The notes below the pieces were generated by a model. It did no database searches and was not told where the DNA came from. It saw only the letters and a program-made list of their open reading frames with translations. Shown here in pieces: positions 1-13,500 of a DNA stretch of 64,000 nt. The DNA is taken from positions 3,968,001-4,032,000 of the forward strand of contig NC_047018.1 of assembly GCF_902652985.1 (NCBI RefSeq), in the 5' to 3' direction. This DNA is from Pecten maximus (Eukaryota). The position numbers and the translations under genes are program-made. Positions within the stretch are counted from its first letter, which is position 1; each line of letters starts with the position of its first letter.

Positions 1-143
1 TTATCTGATAAAAACTCTTTACACTAAAATGAAATGCACATTTAGAGTAAGTGTTGATGCGGCTGTGGAACCGAGGTCATAACTGTATGAATGTAAAGTC
101 TATAAAAACAAAGACGCGTTTGTAATGTATTTTTTTATTCCAG

Positions 144-271
144 AAATGAATTTTCCCAGAGTAATATTTTAGTTTATATACCGATATATTTTGAAATGTA
201 AATATTTTATCAGTCTGTTTCGTGGAGAGTATCCTGTTATTTGTAGACACTTGCTGCCGCAGACGTTTATG
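144..271 (+). other. Putative 5'UTR exon of the GPCR gene
   Basis: Acceptor-like ttttttattccAG ends at 143; strong donor ATG|GTGAGT at 271/272; next acceptor-like tatgtttcAG ends at 464, giving a 193-bp intron. Confidence 0.45.
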
Positions 272-653
272 GTGAGTGCAAGATTATTTGAAGATAGTGA
301 TCTCTACCAGCTCATGTTGACACGGAGTGTCACTTTATAGGGGTGGGCCCTTACCCATACAGTGTAGCTATTGAAGTTTTGACAACTAACCACACGACAT
401 ATTAGGAATGTTGATGTTTGGTTTCGTCATGGTATCCAAAAAATAAATATGTTCTATGTTTCAGTGTGATAACGAAAGGAACAGCAATGCCGGAGATAAG
501 GAATATACTGTACATTGATCTTGAAGCTGTGACGACACAGGGTATAAATGAAGGTGCCAGTACTCCAACCAGCACTGTCACGAAAACTTGCAGTTGGGCA
601 CATCCGTGATTTCTTCTCTGAGCATAGTCTTGGCGTACATATTCAAAATAGCG

Positions 654-983
654 ATGAATTCAAGCACTCCAAGTGTGACTTCCGGTGTGGTCGTCCAAAC
701 GGACGTGAACACAGTGGCGTCCTCCTCGTATTACGGAGACGATTACTTCGGAAACTATACGTATGAATATGATTACAATGAAGCCCTGAACCATCTCCCC
801 CTCAATGAGTTCATACCAACGGTTGTGTTTTATTCGTTCGTCGGACTCGTTGGTCTCGTCGGAAATGTCCTGGTCATTGTGGCTATCGCTTTATTCCCAC
901 GTATGCGCAGTATCACCAATGTTTTCTTAGTAAATCTGGCATCCGCCGACCTCATCTTCGTTCTCATCTGTGTTCCGGTCAAG
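654..983 (+). CDS. First coding exon of a class A (rhodopsin-like) neuropeptide GPCR: N-terminus, TM1, ICL1, TM2
   Basis: ATG at 654 gives MNSSTP...(N-glycosylation sequons NSS, NYT)...VGLVGLVGNVLVIVAI (TM1 GN)-RMRSITNVFLVNLASADLIFVLICVPVK (TM2 NLAxAD). Receptor-like sequence ends at AAG|GTAACG (phase-0 donor at 984) after 110 codons. Subfamily cannot be fixed from TM1-2 alone. Confidence 0.93.
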
Positions 984-1484
984 GTAACGGTTTATTATCT
1001 ATATATTATATATAATCTAATTAGTGGAGCCTTTGTAATCGTTCTCACAGTGCTACGTTATTACAAATTGATATCTGTCAAATCGATCTATCAATGAAAT
1101 AACCAATAAAGTCATTGAATTTCGGCGATATACAGGGCCAGCTCATCATTTGACAAACTTTGGATTGGCAGACAAAATTCATACTGAAAGTTAATAACAA
1201 ACCAAAGGCTTCATTACAATAAATGTACTTTGGTCATGCTGGAATGGCGTGGACACATTTCTGATTTTCAATTTTGATGTCACAATGTAGTTTTATTTCA
1301 GAGTTATCTTAAAAAAGTAGCTTGTGTTTCTAACTAACTTTACAGGTGTGGCATTTGATTGACGTTGTATATCAGGTTCGACCTTGATGGTTCGACCTTG
1401 ATACATATTGTCTAACATAAAACATCTATATTTTCTATGTGTCTTGCACACAAAAGGAATCGTCATTAGAGCCACACAACGCAT

Positions 1485-2064
1485 GCAGTGAAATATTTCA
1501 AACGTTTAATTTAGTAAGCACAGGAGAAACACACAAATATATATATATATGTATAAACAAAAAAACATATAACAGTGGAAAAAAAGTTTTGCAGTGAAAA
1601 TATATGTTTTCCGTTTATGACCAGTCAGAGCTAACCTTTGTATTCACTTTGTTGAAACTTTTGATTTTTCCATTCGAAGCGGAGATAGATAAATTGGTTA
1701 TTTTGCTGTATTTCTGAACTATTCTGTCTAGTTTTTGACAAAATACTCACTAGACGTTAGCTTTTCATGCACAGATTCTCCGATAACAACAGAAAACGCT
1801 TAAATTGCGCTGGTCAGTCCTTTCAAAATGGCGCTGTCAAGTTGACGTGGAGTAACGTCACAAAGAGATGACGTCATTACTGATTCCCGCACGTTTTGAC
1901 ACTATTAATTTTTCGATGTTTTCAATTTTGTTTTTAAGTATATGAAATGCAATAAAAAGAAAATTGAATGGTTTCCCGTTAAATATAACATATTTTTCAC
2001 TCGTATGACAGAATATTTCGATATTTTTCACTCGCACTCACGGGAAACCATTTAATATCCTCTA
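1485..2064 (+). mobile_element. Dispersed non-autonomous element, copy A (hairpin-ended family)
   Basis: 1591-2064 aligns by eye with 43421-43850 (ggagatagataaattggtt, tttttgacaaaatactcac, caaagagatgacgtcattactgattcccgcac); ends in ATATCCTCTA. Confidence 0.8.
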
Positions 2065-2130
2065 TATATTTATTTGATAACGAAGATACAATGTTACCAC
2101 AGCAATGTTTGTTACAAATTATACAATACA

Positions 2131-2315
2131 TAGAGGATATCTAACAGTGTCTTCAGTAATACCAAATATATTTCACGAGTGGGGCTAATATTTTGACATT
2201 TTTCACGAGTGCGCAGCACGAGTGAAAAATATCAAAATATTAGCCACACGAGTGAAAAATATCACTTTTATAGAATGAATAATTTTTGATATTTCACTGG
2301 TAAAAATGTAATAAA
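2131..2315 (-). mobile_element. Short related element, copy B, inverted orientation
   Basis: Begins TAGAGGATAT (reverse complement of the family end); long hairpin ggctaatattttgacatttttcac...gtgaaaaatatcaaaatattagcc; other end atttcactggtaaaaatgtaataaa matches the reverse complement of the start of copy C. Confidence 0.7.
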
Positions 2316-3169
2316 TAATATTTGTATAGAAAGATGTTATCAGTTTTAATTAACACTTCTTCTCTTCTATGTAACTACGATTAACAAGCGTGCCGACGCC
2401 ATTTATTAATGCGTCACAGTTTTATAATAAGTCAATCTAATTAAAATTAGACTTATAATTTCCACTCCTCTGTGATACTCTACGATACACTGCAGATCTA
2501 ACGATGCCCCGTAGGAGATCATCTCAGCATGACCATTGAGCTCAGCCAATCAACGCGCCGCCTATGAAATTGTCGGTGTGGTTTCATTCTTCGGAAGTAT
2601 AAATACTTACATAACATTCCCGAGGTATTCCGATGGTCGATAGCAACGGTAAACAACATGGCTTCAAACACTCCGGCTCACCAAGATACCTCAACAAATT
2701 GATAATTTAACAAACTTTTGCTGTCCGTTTGGACTTTCCTTCATCGTACGAGAGATAGACAGTGAAGGCAACAGCGTCGTGAAAAAATTAGTTTGAAAGG
2801 GAATACTGTATAATTATAACGTGTACGGTAACGATTTTTGAAATCCAGTTGGCAACATAATCCGTCCTGTCGACGAGATAATATTTTTATTATTGTTTAA
2901 TCGTTTTCTGTTCTTCTTTCAATGTAACGTCCAGAGGATTAGCAATATTTTTATTACCGTTGCCATTAACATAATGCAGTTATAATTGTTAAATTTTGCG
3001 TACATGTATTTCAAATCAAGCGCTGAACTGAGTCGCAAATACTTAGGAGACGCAACCGAAGGCTCGAACAAGACTCTTTGTCTTTGGTTGATTAATGACG
3101 TCATTGACCAGTTTTCATTGGCTTATATTTGAAGCTCAAAAGGTCATGTTAAGTTTAGGATCATTTAAA

Positions 3170-3528
3170 ATTACTGACGATCCTGTAATATTACTGACGA
3201 TCTTGTACTAAGTTAAGGATTACCTTATACAACAAACATAATTATATCGTGGAGTCTAAATTAATGTCATCAGCGCCTGTAATATTACCGACGATCCTGT
3301 AATATTACCGACGATCCTGTAATATTACCGACGATCCTGTAATATTACTGACGCTCCTGTAATATTACCGACGATCCTGTAATATTACCGACGATCCTGT
3401 ACTATTACTGACGATCCTGTACTATTACTGGCGATCCTGTAATATTACCGACGATTCTGTAATGTTACTGACGATCCTGTACTAAGTTTAGGATCACCTT
3501 ATACAACAGACATATATCGTCGAGTCTA
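3170..3528. repeat. 20-bp minisatellite (AATATTACCGACGATCCTGT), about 10 copies plus 2 upstream copies
   Basis: Directly visible; both blocks are followed by a duplicated ~50-bp tail (actaagtt.aggat.accttatacaaca...gagtcta). Confidence 0.9.
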
Positions 3529-3715
3529 CCCGTACATATATACTACAATGTGTACCAATGTATAATTACAGGTGTCACCAAGTGTTACCATGCTAACACA
3601 TGTATAATTATATGTGTTGCAATGCAGACGTATGTATAATCACAGGTGTTAACCTGTGTATCCACTAAAAACAAAAATATCAGGAAAATATATAAGATGG
3701 TGTGATGACGGAAAT

Positions 3716-4580
3716 AGTAAATACCCTGTTAACCTTTCACCTTCTGACTGACATTGTGTGTAGTAAATACCTTGTTAACCTTTCACCTTCTGACTGACAT
3801 TGTGTGTAGTAAATACCTTGTTAACCTTTCACATTCTGACTGACATTGTGTTGTGTTGATGGTGTAGTAAATACCTTGTTAACCTTTCACCTTCTGACTG
3901 ACATTGTGTGTAGTAAATACCTTGTTAACCTTTCACCCTCTGACTGACATTGTGTGTAGTAAATACCTTGTTAACCTTTCACCCTCTGACTGACATTGTG
4001 TGTAGTAAATACCTTGTTAACCTTTCACCTTCTGACTGACATTGTGTGTAGTAAATACCTTGTTAACCTTTCACCTTCTGACTGACATTGTGTGTAGTAA
4101 ATACCTTGTTAACCTTTCACCTTCTGACTGACATTGTGTGTAGTAAATACCTTGTTAACCTTTCACCTTCTGACTGACATTGTGTGTAGTAAATACCTTG
4201 TTAACCTTTCACCTTCTGACTGACATTGTGTGTAGTAAATACCTTGTTAACCTTTCACCTTCTGACTGACGTTGTATGTAGTAAATACCTTGTTAACCTT
4301 TCACCTTTTGACTGACATTGTGTTGATGGTGTAGTAAATACCTTGTTAACCTTTCACCTTTTGACTGACATTGTGTTGTGTTGATGGTTTAGTAAATACC
4401 TTGTTAACCTTTCACCTTTTGACTGACATTGTGTTGTGTTGATGGTGTAGTAAATACCTTGTTAACCTTTCACCTTTGACTGACATTGTGTGTAGTATAT
4501 ACCTTGTTAACCTTTCACCTTTGACTGACATTGTGTTGTGTTGATGGTGTAGTAAATACCTTGTTAACATGTCACCTTTG
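3716..4580. repeat. 46-bp minisatellite (TAGTAAATACCTTGTTAACCTTTCACCTTCTGACTGACATTGTGTG), about 18 copies
   Basis: Period 46 (3761, 3807...); some units carry a ttgtgttgatgg-type insertion. Confidence 0.95.
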
Positions 4581-4791
4581 CCGTACTCTATCATCTTGGG
4601 ACATATTTTATTTCAGAAGGTGGTAAACTTTGGACTACCTGCCCCAGTATCTATTCTGACACTGTGGATTATATACGTAGACACTCATTATGTCCATAAT
4701 GTTGCCAAGTGATACATTGAAATGTTGCCATGGAGCTTTTTACCTGTAGTATAACTCTTTATATACTGATTTATTTTAATGACGCTGTCCC

Positions 4792-6120
4792 TAAATCATA
4801 CAAAATGACTACGGTTTGGATATTTATCTTCATGTGTAAATCATACAAAATGACTACGGTTTGGATATTTATCTTCATGTGTAAATCATACAAAATGACT
4901 ACGGTTTGGATATTTATCTTCATGTGTAAATCATACAAAATGACTACGGTTTGGATATTTATCCTCATGTGTAAATCGTACAAAATGACTACGGTTTTGA
5001 TATTTATCCTCATGTGTAAATCATACAAAATGACTACGGTTTTGATATTTATCCTCATGTGTAAATCATACAAAATGACTACGGTTTTGATATTTATCCT
5101 CATGTGTAAATCGTACAAAATGACTACGGTTTTGATATTTATCCTCATGTGTAAATCGTACAAAATGACTACGGTTTTGATATTTATCCTCATGTGTAAA
5201 TCGTACAAAATGACTACGGTTTTGATATTTATCCTCATGTGTAAATCATACAAAATGACTACGGTTTTGATATTTATCCTCATGTGTAAATCGTACAAAA
5301 TGACTACGGTTTTGATATTTATCCTCATGTGTAAATCATACAAAATGACTACGGTTTTGATATTTATCCTCATGTGTAAATCATACAAAATGACTACGGT
5401 TTTGATATTTATCCTCATGTGTAAATCGTACAAAATGACTACGGTTTTGATATTTGTCCTCATGTGTAAATCATACAAAATGACTACGGTTTGGATATTT
5501 GTCATCATGTGTAAATCATACAAAATGACTACGGTTTGGATATTTGTCATCATGTGTAAATCATACAAAATGACTACGGTTTGGATATTTGTCATCATGT
5601 GTAAATCATACAAAATGACTACGGTTTGGATATTTGTCATCATGTGTAAATCATACAAAATGACTACGGTTTGGATATTTGTCATCATGTGTAAATCATA
5701 CAAAATGACTACGGTTTGGATATTTGTCCTCATGTGTAAATCGTACAAAATGACTACGGTTTGGATATTTGTCCTCATGTGTAAATCATACAAAATGACT
5801 ACGGTTTGGATATTTGTCCTCATGTGTAAATCGTACAAAATGACTACGGTTTGGATATTTGTCCTCATGTGTAAATCGTACAAAATGACTACGGTTTGGA
5901 TATTTGTCCTCATGTGTAAATCGTACAAAATGACTACGGTTTGGATATTTGTCCTCATGTGTAAATCATACAAAATGACTACGGTTTGGATATTTATCCT
6001 CAGCTGTAAATCATACAAAATGACTACGGTTTTGATATTTATCCTCATGTGTAAATCATACAAAATGACTACGGTTTTGATATTTGTCCTCATGTGTAAA
6101 TCATACAAAATTACTACGGT
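4792..6120. repeat. 45-bp minisatellite (TAAATCATACAAAATGACTACGGTTT[G/T]GATATTT[A/G]TCNTCATGTG), about 29 copies
   Basis: Period 45; accounts for ORFs 4730-6148 (+) and 4771-6315 (-). Confidence 0.97.
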
Positions 6121-6149
6121 GGAAGCCATTAAGATCCCCACCCTATAAC

Positions 6150-6544
6150 CATACACAGCATTATTGAGCATTAAGAGATAAACGCAATCCTGTTGCAAAA
6201 ATCGACCCTGAGGTCTTTCCCACCCTAGAGAACTTAGTTTCTTGGTTATATTGGACATTAATAGATAAACACAGCCCTGATATAAAAATAGGCCCAGGGA
6301 TCTGTCTCCAACCAAAGGGACTTAGTTTCTTTAAGCATAATCATGATGTAAAAACAATCCCTGGGGTCTTTTTACATCCCTAGGGAGTTTGGGCTTCTTT
6401 TTTTTGTTTATCTTTAAATGAGTTGAGATCCATTACCATATACAACATTGTTCGACAGCAACAAATAAAGCTATTAACGAACTAAACATGAACATTAGGT
6501 CAAATCCTACTAGGTGAGCGATAAGGCCCTATGTGCCTCTTGTT
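6150..6544 (+). mobile_element. 3' part of a Helentron/HINE-like non-autonomous element
   Basis: Ends AGGTGAGCGATAAGGCCCTATGTGCCTCTTGTT (subterminal motif, short hairpin, TTGTT), resembling molluscan HINE ends; degenerate ~90-bp internal repeats (acttagtttctt twice). 5' boundary uncertain. Confidence 0.45.
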
Positions 6545-7559
6545 TAAGAAGTAAGCAAACATATATCTCTGCGTAGGGTCCGTGTTTGATAGTCATTACG
6601 TTCCGTATAAGTACTGAAATGATCGAAGACACCACCAATAGAACAGTTCACTATATGTGATGGAACCATCGCGTAAAACATTGAAATGACTTCGCACTAT
6701 GGTAGCTCTTCAGAATCGACACCCTATCACACCACCAGTAAGACAATAAAAGCGGCGTCGAGGTAGCATTATTGTCCTCAGATGAAGATGGTTATAATCA
6801 ATTTGATCGTGACGACATTGTGGCGGATTTAGAAACGTTAGACATTACAGAATCAACAGGAATCGGTTTTAGGTAGAGTATATTGCTTAGTTAGAATAGG
6901 CTTTTCGAAACGTTTGAATATATCCAGAATTGGTTGTTCGGGTAATCTTAAGTGATTCAGAATAGACTATTCGGGGGTTTAGATGGAAGCACAAGGGATT
7001 GTTCGGGAGGTTTCGATGGACTTGTATTATGCTATTTGCTCTTTGTTGAGACTAAAGCACATCAATCTGGTTTTGAAATACCTTCATCACCCATACTAAA
7101 ATGACGGAGTGTGAATGACCTTACATCTGGCTGGGATCTGATTCCTATAGAGCACCCCTGATACCGTCGTATTGTTTTCTCCTGTAGTGATCAGTTTTAA
7201 CACGGGCGATAAATCTGTACATTGTGTGAACAGATCAATCAGTTACAACGTAAGACAAAATAATTGTACGTGAAGGGAAATATTTAACATCAATCATGCT
7301 TACATTCTCGTCTTTAACTATCGAATAACTGACAAAAGATATTAGGAGGTGCACAAGTCCGCGGCTATTACAAGAGTGTTAAACTGTGGTCCTATTCGGC
7401 TTCCACTTTACTGAAGCCGAGGAGGAATACAAAGAAATAAAGAAATATATTCCAGTGAACAAAAATAACTTTAATGTTACATGTAGACTACTCGGAGCTT
7501 GTTATTAAAACTAACAACAGAATAAGGTGTGCTTACACGACGTTCCATATACACTCGCA

Positions 7560-10500
7560 CTGTAAACTACAGTTGTGATGGTTGTACTTATACGTCGTGT
7601 TATATAAACTGTAGCTGTGATGGTTGTACTTATACGTCCTGTTATATAAACTGTAGCTGTGATAGTTGTACTGACACGTCGTGTTATATAAACTGTAGTT
7701 GTGATAGTTGTACTTACACGTCGTGTTATATAAACTATAGTTGTGATAGTTGTACTGACACGTCGTGTTATATAAACTGTAGTTGTGATGGTTGTACTTA
7801 GACGTCGTGTTATATAAACTATAGTTGTGATAGTTGTACTTACACGTCGTGCTATATAAACTATAGTTGTGATAGTTGTACTTACACGTCGTGTTATATA
7901 AACTATAGTTGTGATAGTTGTACTTACACTTGTGATAGTTGTACTGACACGTCGTGTTATATAAACTATAGTTGTGATAGTTGTACTTACACGTCGTGTT
8001 ATATAAACTATAGTTGTGATAGTTGTACTTAGACGTCGTGTTATATAAACTATAGTTGTGATAGTTGTACTTACACGTCGTGTTATATAAACAACAGTTG
8101 TGATAGTTGTACTGACACGTCGTGTTATATAAACTACAGTTGTGATAGTTTTACTTACACTTCGTGTTATATAAACTATAGTTGTGATAGTTGTACTGAC
8201 ACGTCGTGTTATATAAACTCTAGTTGTACTTACACGTCGTGTTATATAAACTATAGTTGTGATAGTTGTACTTAGACGTCGTGTTATATAAACTATAGTT
8301 GTGATAGTTGTACTTACAGGTCGTGTTATATAAACTATTGTTGTGATAGTTGTACTGACACGTCGTGTTATCTAAACTATAGTTGTGATAGTTGTACTTA
8401 CACGTCGTGTTATATAAACTACAGTTGTGATAATTGTACTTACACGTCGTGTTATATAAACTATAGTTGTGATAATTGTACTGACACGTCGTGTTATATA
8501 AACTATAGTTGTGATAGCTGTACTTACACGTAGTGTTATATTAACTGTAGTTGTGATAGTTGTACTTACACGTCGTGTTATATAAACTACAGTTGTGATA
8601 GTTGTACGTACACGTCGTGTTATATAAACTCTAGTTGTACTTACACGTCGTGTTATATAAACTGTAGCTGTGATAGTTGTACTTACTCGTCGTGTTATAT
8701 AAACTACAGTTGTGATAGTTGTACTTACACGTCGCGTTATATAAACTATAGTTGTGATAGTTGTACTTACACGTCGTGTTATATAAACTACAGTTGTGAT
8801 AGTTGTCCTGACACGTCGTGCTATATAAACTATAGTTGTGATAGTTGTACTTACACGTCGTGTTATATAAACTGTAGTTGTGATAGTTGTACTTACACGT
8901 CGTATTATATAAACTACAGTTGTGATAGTTGTACTGACACGTCGTGTTATATAAACTATAGTTGTACTGACACGTCGTGTTATATAAACTCTAGTTGTAC
9001 TTACACGTCGTGCTATATAAACTGTAGTTGTGATAGTTGTACTTACACGTCGTGTTATATAAACTATAGTTGTGATAGTTGTACTGACACGTCGTGTTAT
9101 ATAAACTCTAGTTGTACTTACACGTCGTGCTATATAAACTGTAGTTGTGATAGTTGTACTTACACGTCGTGTTATATAAACTACAGTTGTGATAGTTGTA
9201 CTTACACGTCGTGCTATATAAACTGTAGTTGTGATAGTTGTACTTACACGTCGTGTTATATTAACTATAGTTGTGATAGTTGTACTGACACGTCGTGTTA
9301 TATTAACTATAGTTGTGATAGTTGTACTTACACGTCGTGTTATATAAACTGTAGTTGTGATAGTTGTACTTACATGTCGTGTTATATAAACTGTAGTTGT
9401 GATAGTTGTACTTAGACGTCGTGTTATATAAACTACAGTTGTGATAGTTGTACGTACACGTCGTGTTATATAAACTATAGTTGTGATAGTTGTACTGACA
9501 CGTCGTGTTATATAACCTGTAGTTGTGATAGTTGTACTTAGACGTCGTGTTATATAAACTATAGTTGTGATGGTTGTACTTACACGTCGTGTTATATAAA
9601 CTATAGTTGTGATAGTTGTACTTACACGTCGTGTTATATAAACTATAGTTGTGATAGTTGTACTGACACGTCGTGTTATATAAACTATAGTTGTGATAGT
9701 TGTGCTGACACGTCGTGTTATATAAACTGTAGTTGTGATAGTTGTACTTACACGTCGTGTTATATAAACTATAGTTGTGATAGTTGTACGTACACGTCGT
9801 GTTATATAAACTATAGTTGTGATAGTTGTACTGACACGTCGTGCTATATAAACTGTAGTTGTGATAGTTGTACTTACACGTCGTGTTATATAAACTATAG
9901 TTGTGATAGTTGTACTTACACGTCGTGTTATATAAACTACAGTTGTGATAGTTGTACTTACACGTCGTGTTATATAAACTATAGTTGTGATAGTTGTACT
10001 GACACGTCGTGTTATATAAACTGTAGTTGTGATAGTTGTACCTACACGTCGTGTTATATAAACTACAGTTGTGATAGTTGTACTTACACGTCGTGTTATA
10101 TAAACTGTAGTTGTACTTACACGTCGTGTTATATAAACTACAGTTGTGATAGTTGTACTAACACGTCGTGTTATATAAACTACAGTTGTGATAGTTGTAC
10201 TGACACGTCGTGTTATATAAACTACAGTTGTGATGGTTGTACTTACACGTAGTGTTATATAAACTATAGTTGTGATAGTTGTACTTAGACGTCGTGTTAT
10301 ATAAACTATAGTTGTGATGGTTGTACTGACACGTCGTGTTATATAACCTGTAGTTGTGATAGTTGTACTTACACGTCGTGTTATATAAACTACAGTTGTG
10401 ATAGTTGTACTTACACGTCGTGTTATATAAACTATAGTTGTGATAGTTGTACTTACACGTCGTGTTATATAAACTATAGTTGTGATAGTTGTACTTACAC

Positions 10501-13500
10501 GTCGTGTTATATAAACTATAGTTGTGATGGTTGTACTTACACGTCGGGTTATATAAACTATAGTTGTGATAGTTGTACTGACACGTCGTGTTATATAAAC
10601 TATAGTTGTGATAGTTGTACTTACACGTCGTGTTATATCAACTAAAGTTGTGATAGTTGTACGTACACGTCGTGTTATATAAACTATAGTTGTGTTAGTT
10701 GTACTTACACGTCGTGTTATATAAACTATAGTTGTGATAGTTGTACTGACACGTCGTGTTATATAAACTACAGTTGTGATAGTTGTACTTACACGTCGTG
10801 TAATATAAACTATAGTTGTGATAGTTGTACTTACACGTCGTGTTATATAAACTACAGTTGTGATAGTTGTACTTACACGTCGTGTTATATAAACTGTAGT
10901 TGTGATAGTTGTACTGACACGTCGTGTTATATAAACTACAGTTGTGATAGTTGTACTGACACGTCGTGTTATATAAACTATAGCTGTGATAGTTGTACCT
11001 ACACGTCGTGTTATATAAACTATAGTTGTGATAGTTGTACTGACACGTCGTGTTATATAAACTGTAGTTGTGATAGTTGTACTGACACGTCGTGTTATAT
11101 AAACTGTAGTTGTGATAGTTGTACTGACACGTCGTGTTATATAAACTATAGTTGTGATAGTTGTACTTAGACGTCGTGTTATATAAACTATAGTTGTGAT
11201 AGTTGTACTGACACGTCGTGTTTTATAAACTGTAGTTGTGATGGTTGTACTTACACGTCGTGTTATATAAACTATAGTTGTGATAGTTGTACTGACACGT
11301 CGTGTTATATAAACTGTAGTTGTGATAGTTGTACTGACACGACGTGTTATATAAACTGTAGTTGTGATAGTTGTACTTACACGTCGTGTTATATAAACTA
11401 TAGTTGTGATGGTTGTACTGACACGTCGTGTTATATAAACTACAGTTGTGATAGTTGTACTGACACGTCGTGTTATATAAACTGTAGTTGTGATAGTTGT
11501 ACTGACACGTCGTGTTATATAAACTATAGTTGTGATAGTTGTACTTACACGTCGTGCTATATAAACTATAGTTGTACTGACATGTCGTGTTATATAAACT
11601 ATAGTTGTGATAGTTGTACTGACACGTCGTGTTATATAAACTATAGTTGTGATAGTTGTACTGACACGTCGTGTTATATAAACTGTAGTTGTGATAGTTG
11701 TACTTACACGTCGTGTTATATAAACTGTAGTTGTGATAGTTGTACTGACACGTCGTGTTATATAAACTGTAGTTGTGATAGTTGTACTGACACGTCGTGT
11801 TATATAAACTACAGTTGTGATAGTTGTACTTACACGTCGTGCTATATAAACTATAGTTGTGATAGTTGTACTTACACGTCGTGTTATATAAACTATAGTT
11901 GTGATAGTTGTACTGACACGTCGTGTTATATAAACTACAGTTGTGATAGTTGTACTGACACGTCGTGTTATATAAACTGTAGTTGTGATAGTTGTACTGA
12001 CACGTCGTGTTATATAAACTATAGTTGTGATAGTTGTACTTACACGTCGTGCTATATAAACTATAGTTGTGATAGTTGTACTGACACGTCGTGTTATATA
12101 AACTACAGTTGTGATAGTTGTACTTACACGTCGTGTTATATAAACTGTAGTTGTGATAGTTGTACTGACACGTCGTGTTATATAAACTATAGTTGTGATG
12201 GTTGTACTGACACGTCGTGTTATATAAACTACAGTTGTGATGGTTGTACTTACACGTCGTGCTATATAAACTACAGTTGTGATAGTTGTACTTACACGTC
12301 GTGTTATATAAACTACAGTTGTGATAGTTGTACTTAGACGTCGTGTTATATAAACTATAGTTGTGATAGTTGTACTGACACGTCGTGTTATATACACTAC
12401 AGTTGTGATAGTTGTACTTAGACGTCGTGTTATATAAACTATAGTTGTGATAGTTGTACTGACACGTCGTGCTATATAAACTATAGTTGTGATAGTTGTA
12501 CTGACACGTCGTGTTATATAAACTTTAGTTGTGATAGTTGTACTGACACGTCGTGTTATATAAACTACAGTTGTGATAGTTGTACTTTCACGTCGTGTTA
12601 TATAAACTATAGTTGTGATAGTTGTACTTACACGTCGTGTTATATAAACTATAGTTGTGATAGTTGTACTGACACGTCGTGTTATATAAACTATAGTTGT
12701 GATAGTTGTACTTACACGTCGTGTTATATAAACTATAGTTGTGATAGTTGTACTTACACGTCGGGTTATATAAACTATAGTTGTGATAGTTGTACTTACA
12801 CGTCGTGTTATGTAAACTGTAGTTGTGATAGTTGTACTGACACGTCGTGTTATATAAACTATAGTTGTGATAGTTGTACTTACACGTCGTGTTATATAAA
12901 CTACAGTTGTGATAGTTGTACTGACACGTCGTGTTATATAAACTGTAGTTGTGATAGTTGTACTGACACGTCGTGTTATATAAACTACAGTTGTGATAGT
13001 TGTACTGACACGTCGTGTTATATAAACTACAGTTGTGATAGTTGTACTTACACGTCGTGTTATATAAACTAAAGTTGTGATAGTTGTACTGACACGTCGT
13101 GTTATATAAACTATAGTTGTGATAGTTGTACTGACACGTCGTGTTATATAAACTATAGTTGTGATAGTTGTACTGACACGTCGTGTTATATAAACTATAG
13201 TTGTGATAGTTGTACTGACACGTCGTGTTATATAAACTACAGTTGTGATAGTTGTACTGACACGTCGTGTTATATAAACTGTAGTTGTGATAGTTGTACT
13301 GACACGTCGTGTTATATAAACTACAGTTGTGATAGTTGTACTTACACGTCGTGTTATATAAACTATAGTTGTGATAGTTGTACTGACACGTCGTGTTATA
13401 TAAACTATAGTTGTGATAGTTGTACTTACACGTCGTGTTATATAAACTATAGTTGTGATAGTTGTACTTACACGTCGTGTTATATAAACTACAGTTGTGA

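Noticed and set aside
588-1097. 169-aa ORF as a complete protein
   Set aside because: It starts at a TTG and runs through the donor at 984 into AT-rich intron; only 654-983 is receptor-like.
7529-12337. Plus-strand Cys-rich ORFs (SCYINCSCD)
   Set aside because: An alternative frame of the 42-mer, repeatedly broken by TAG variants.
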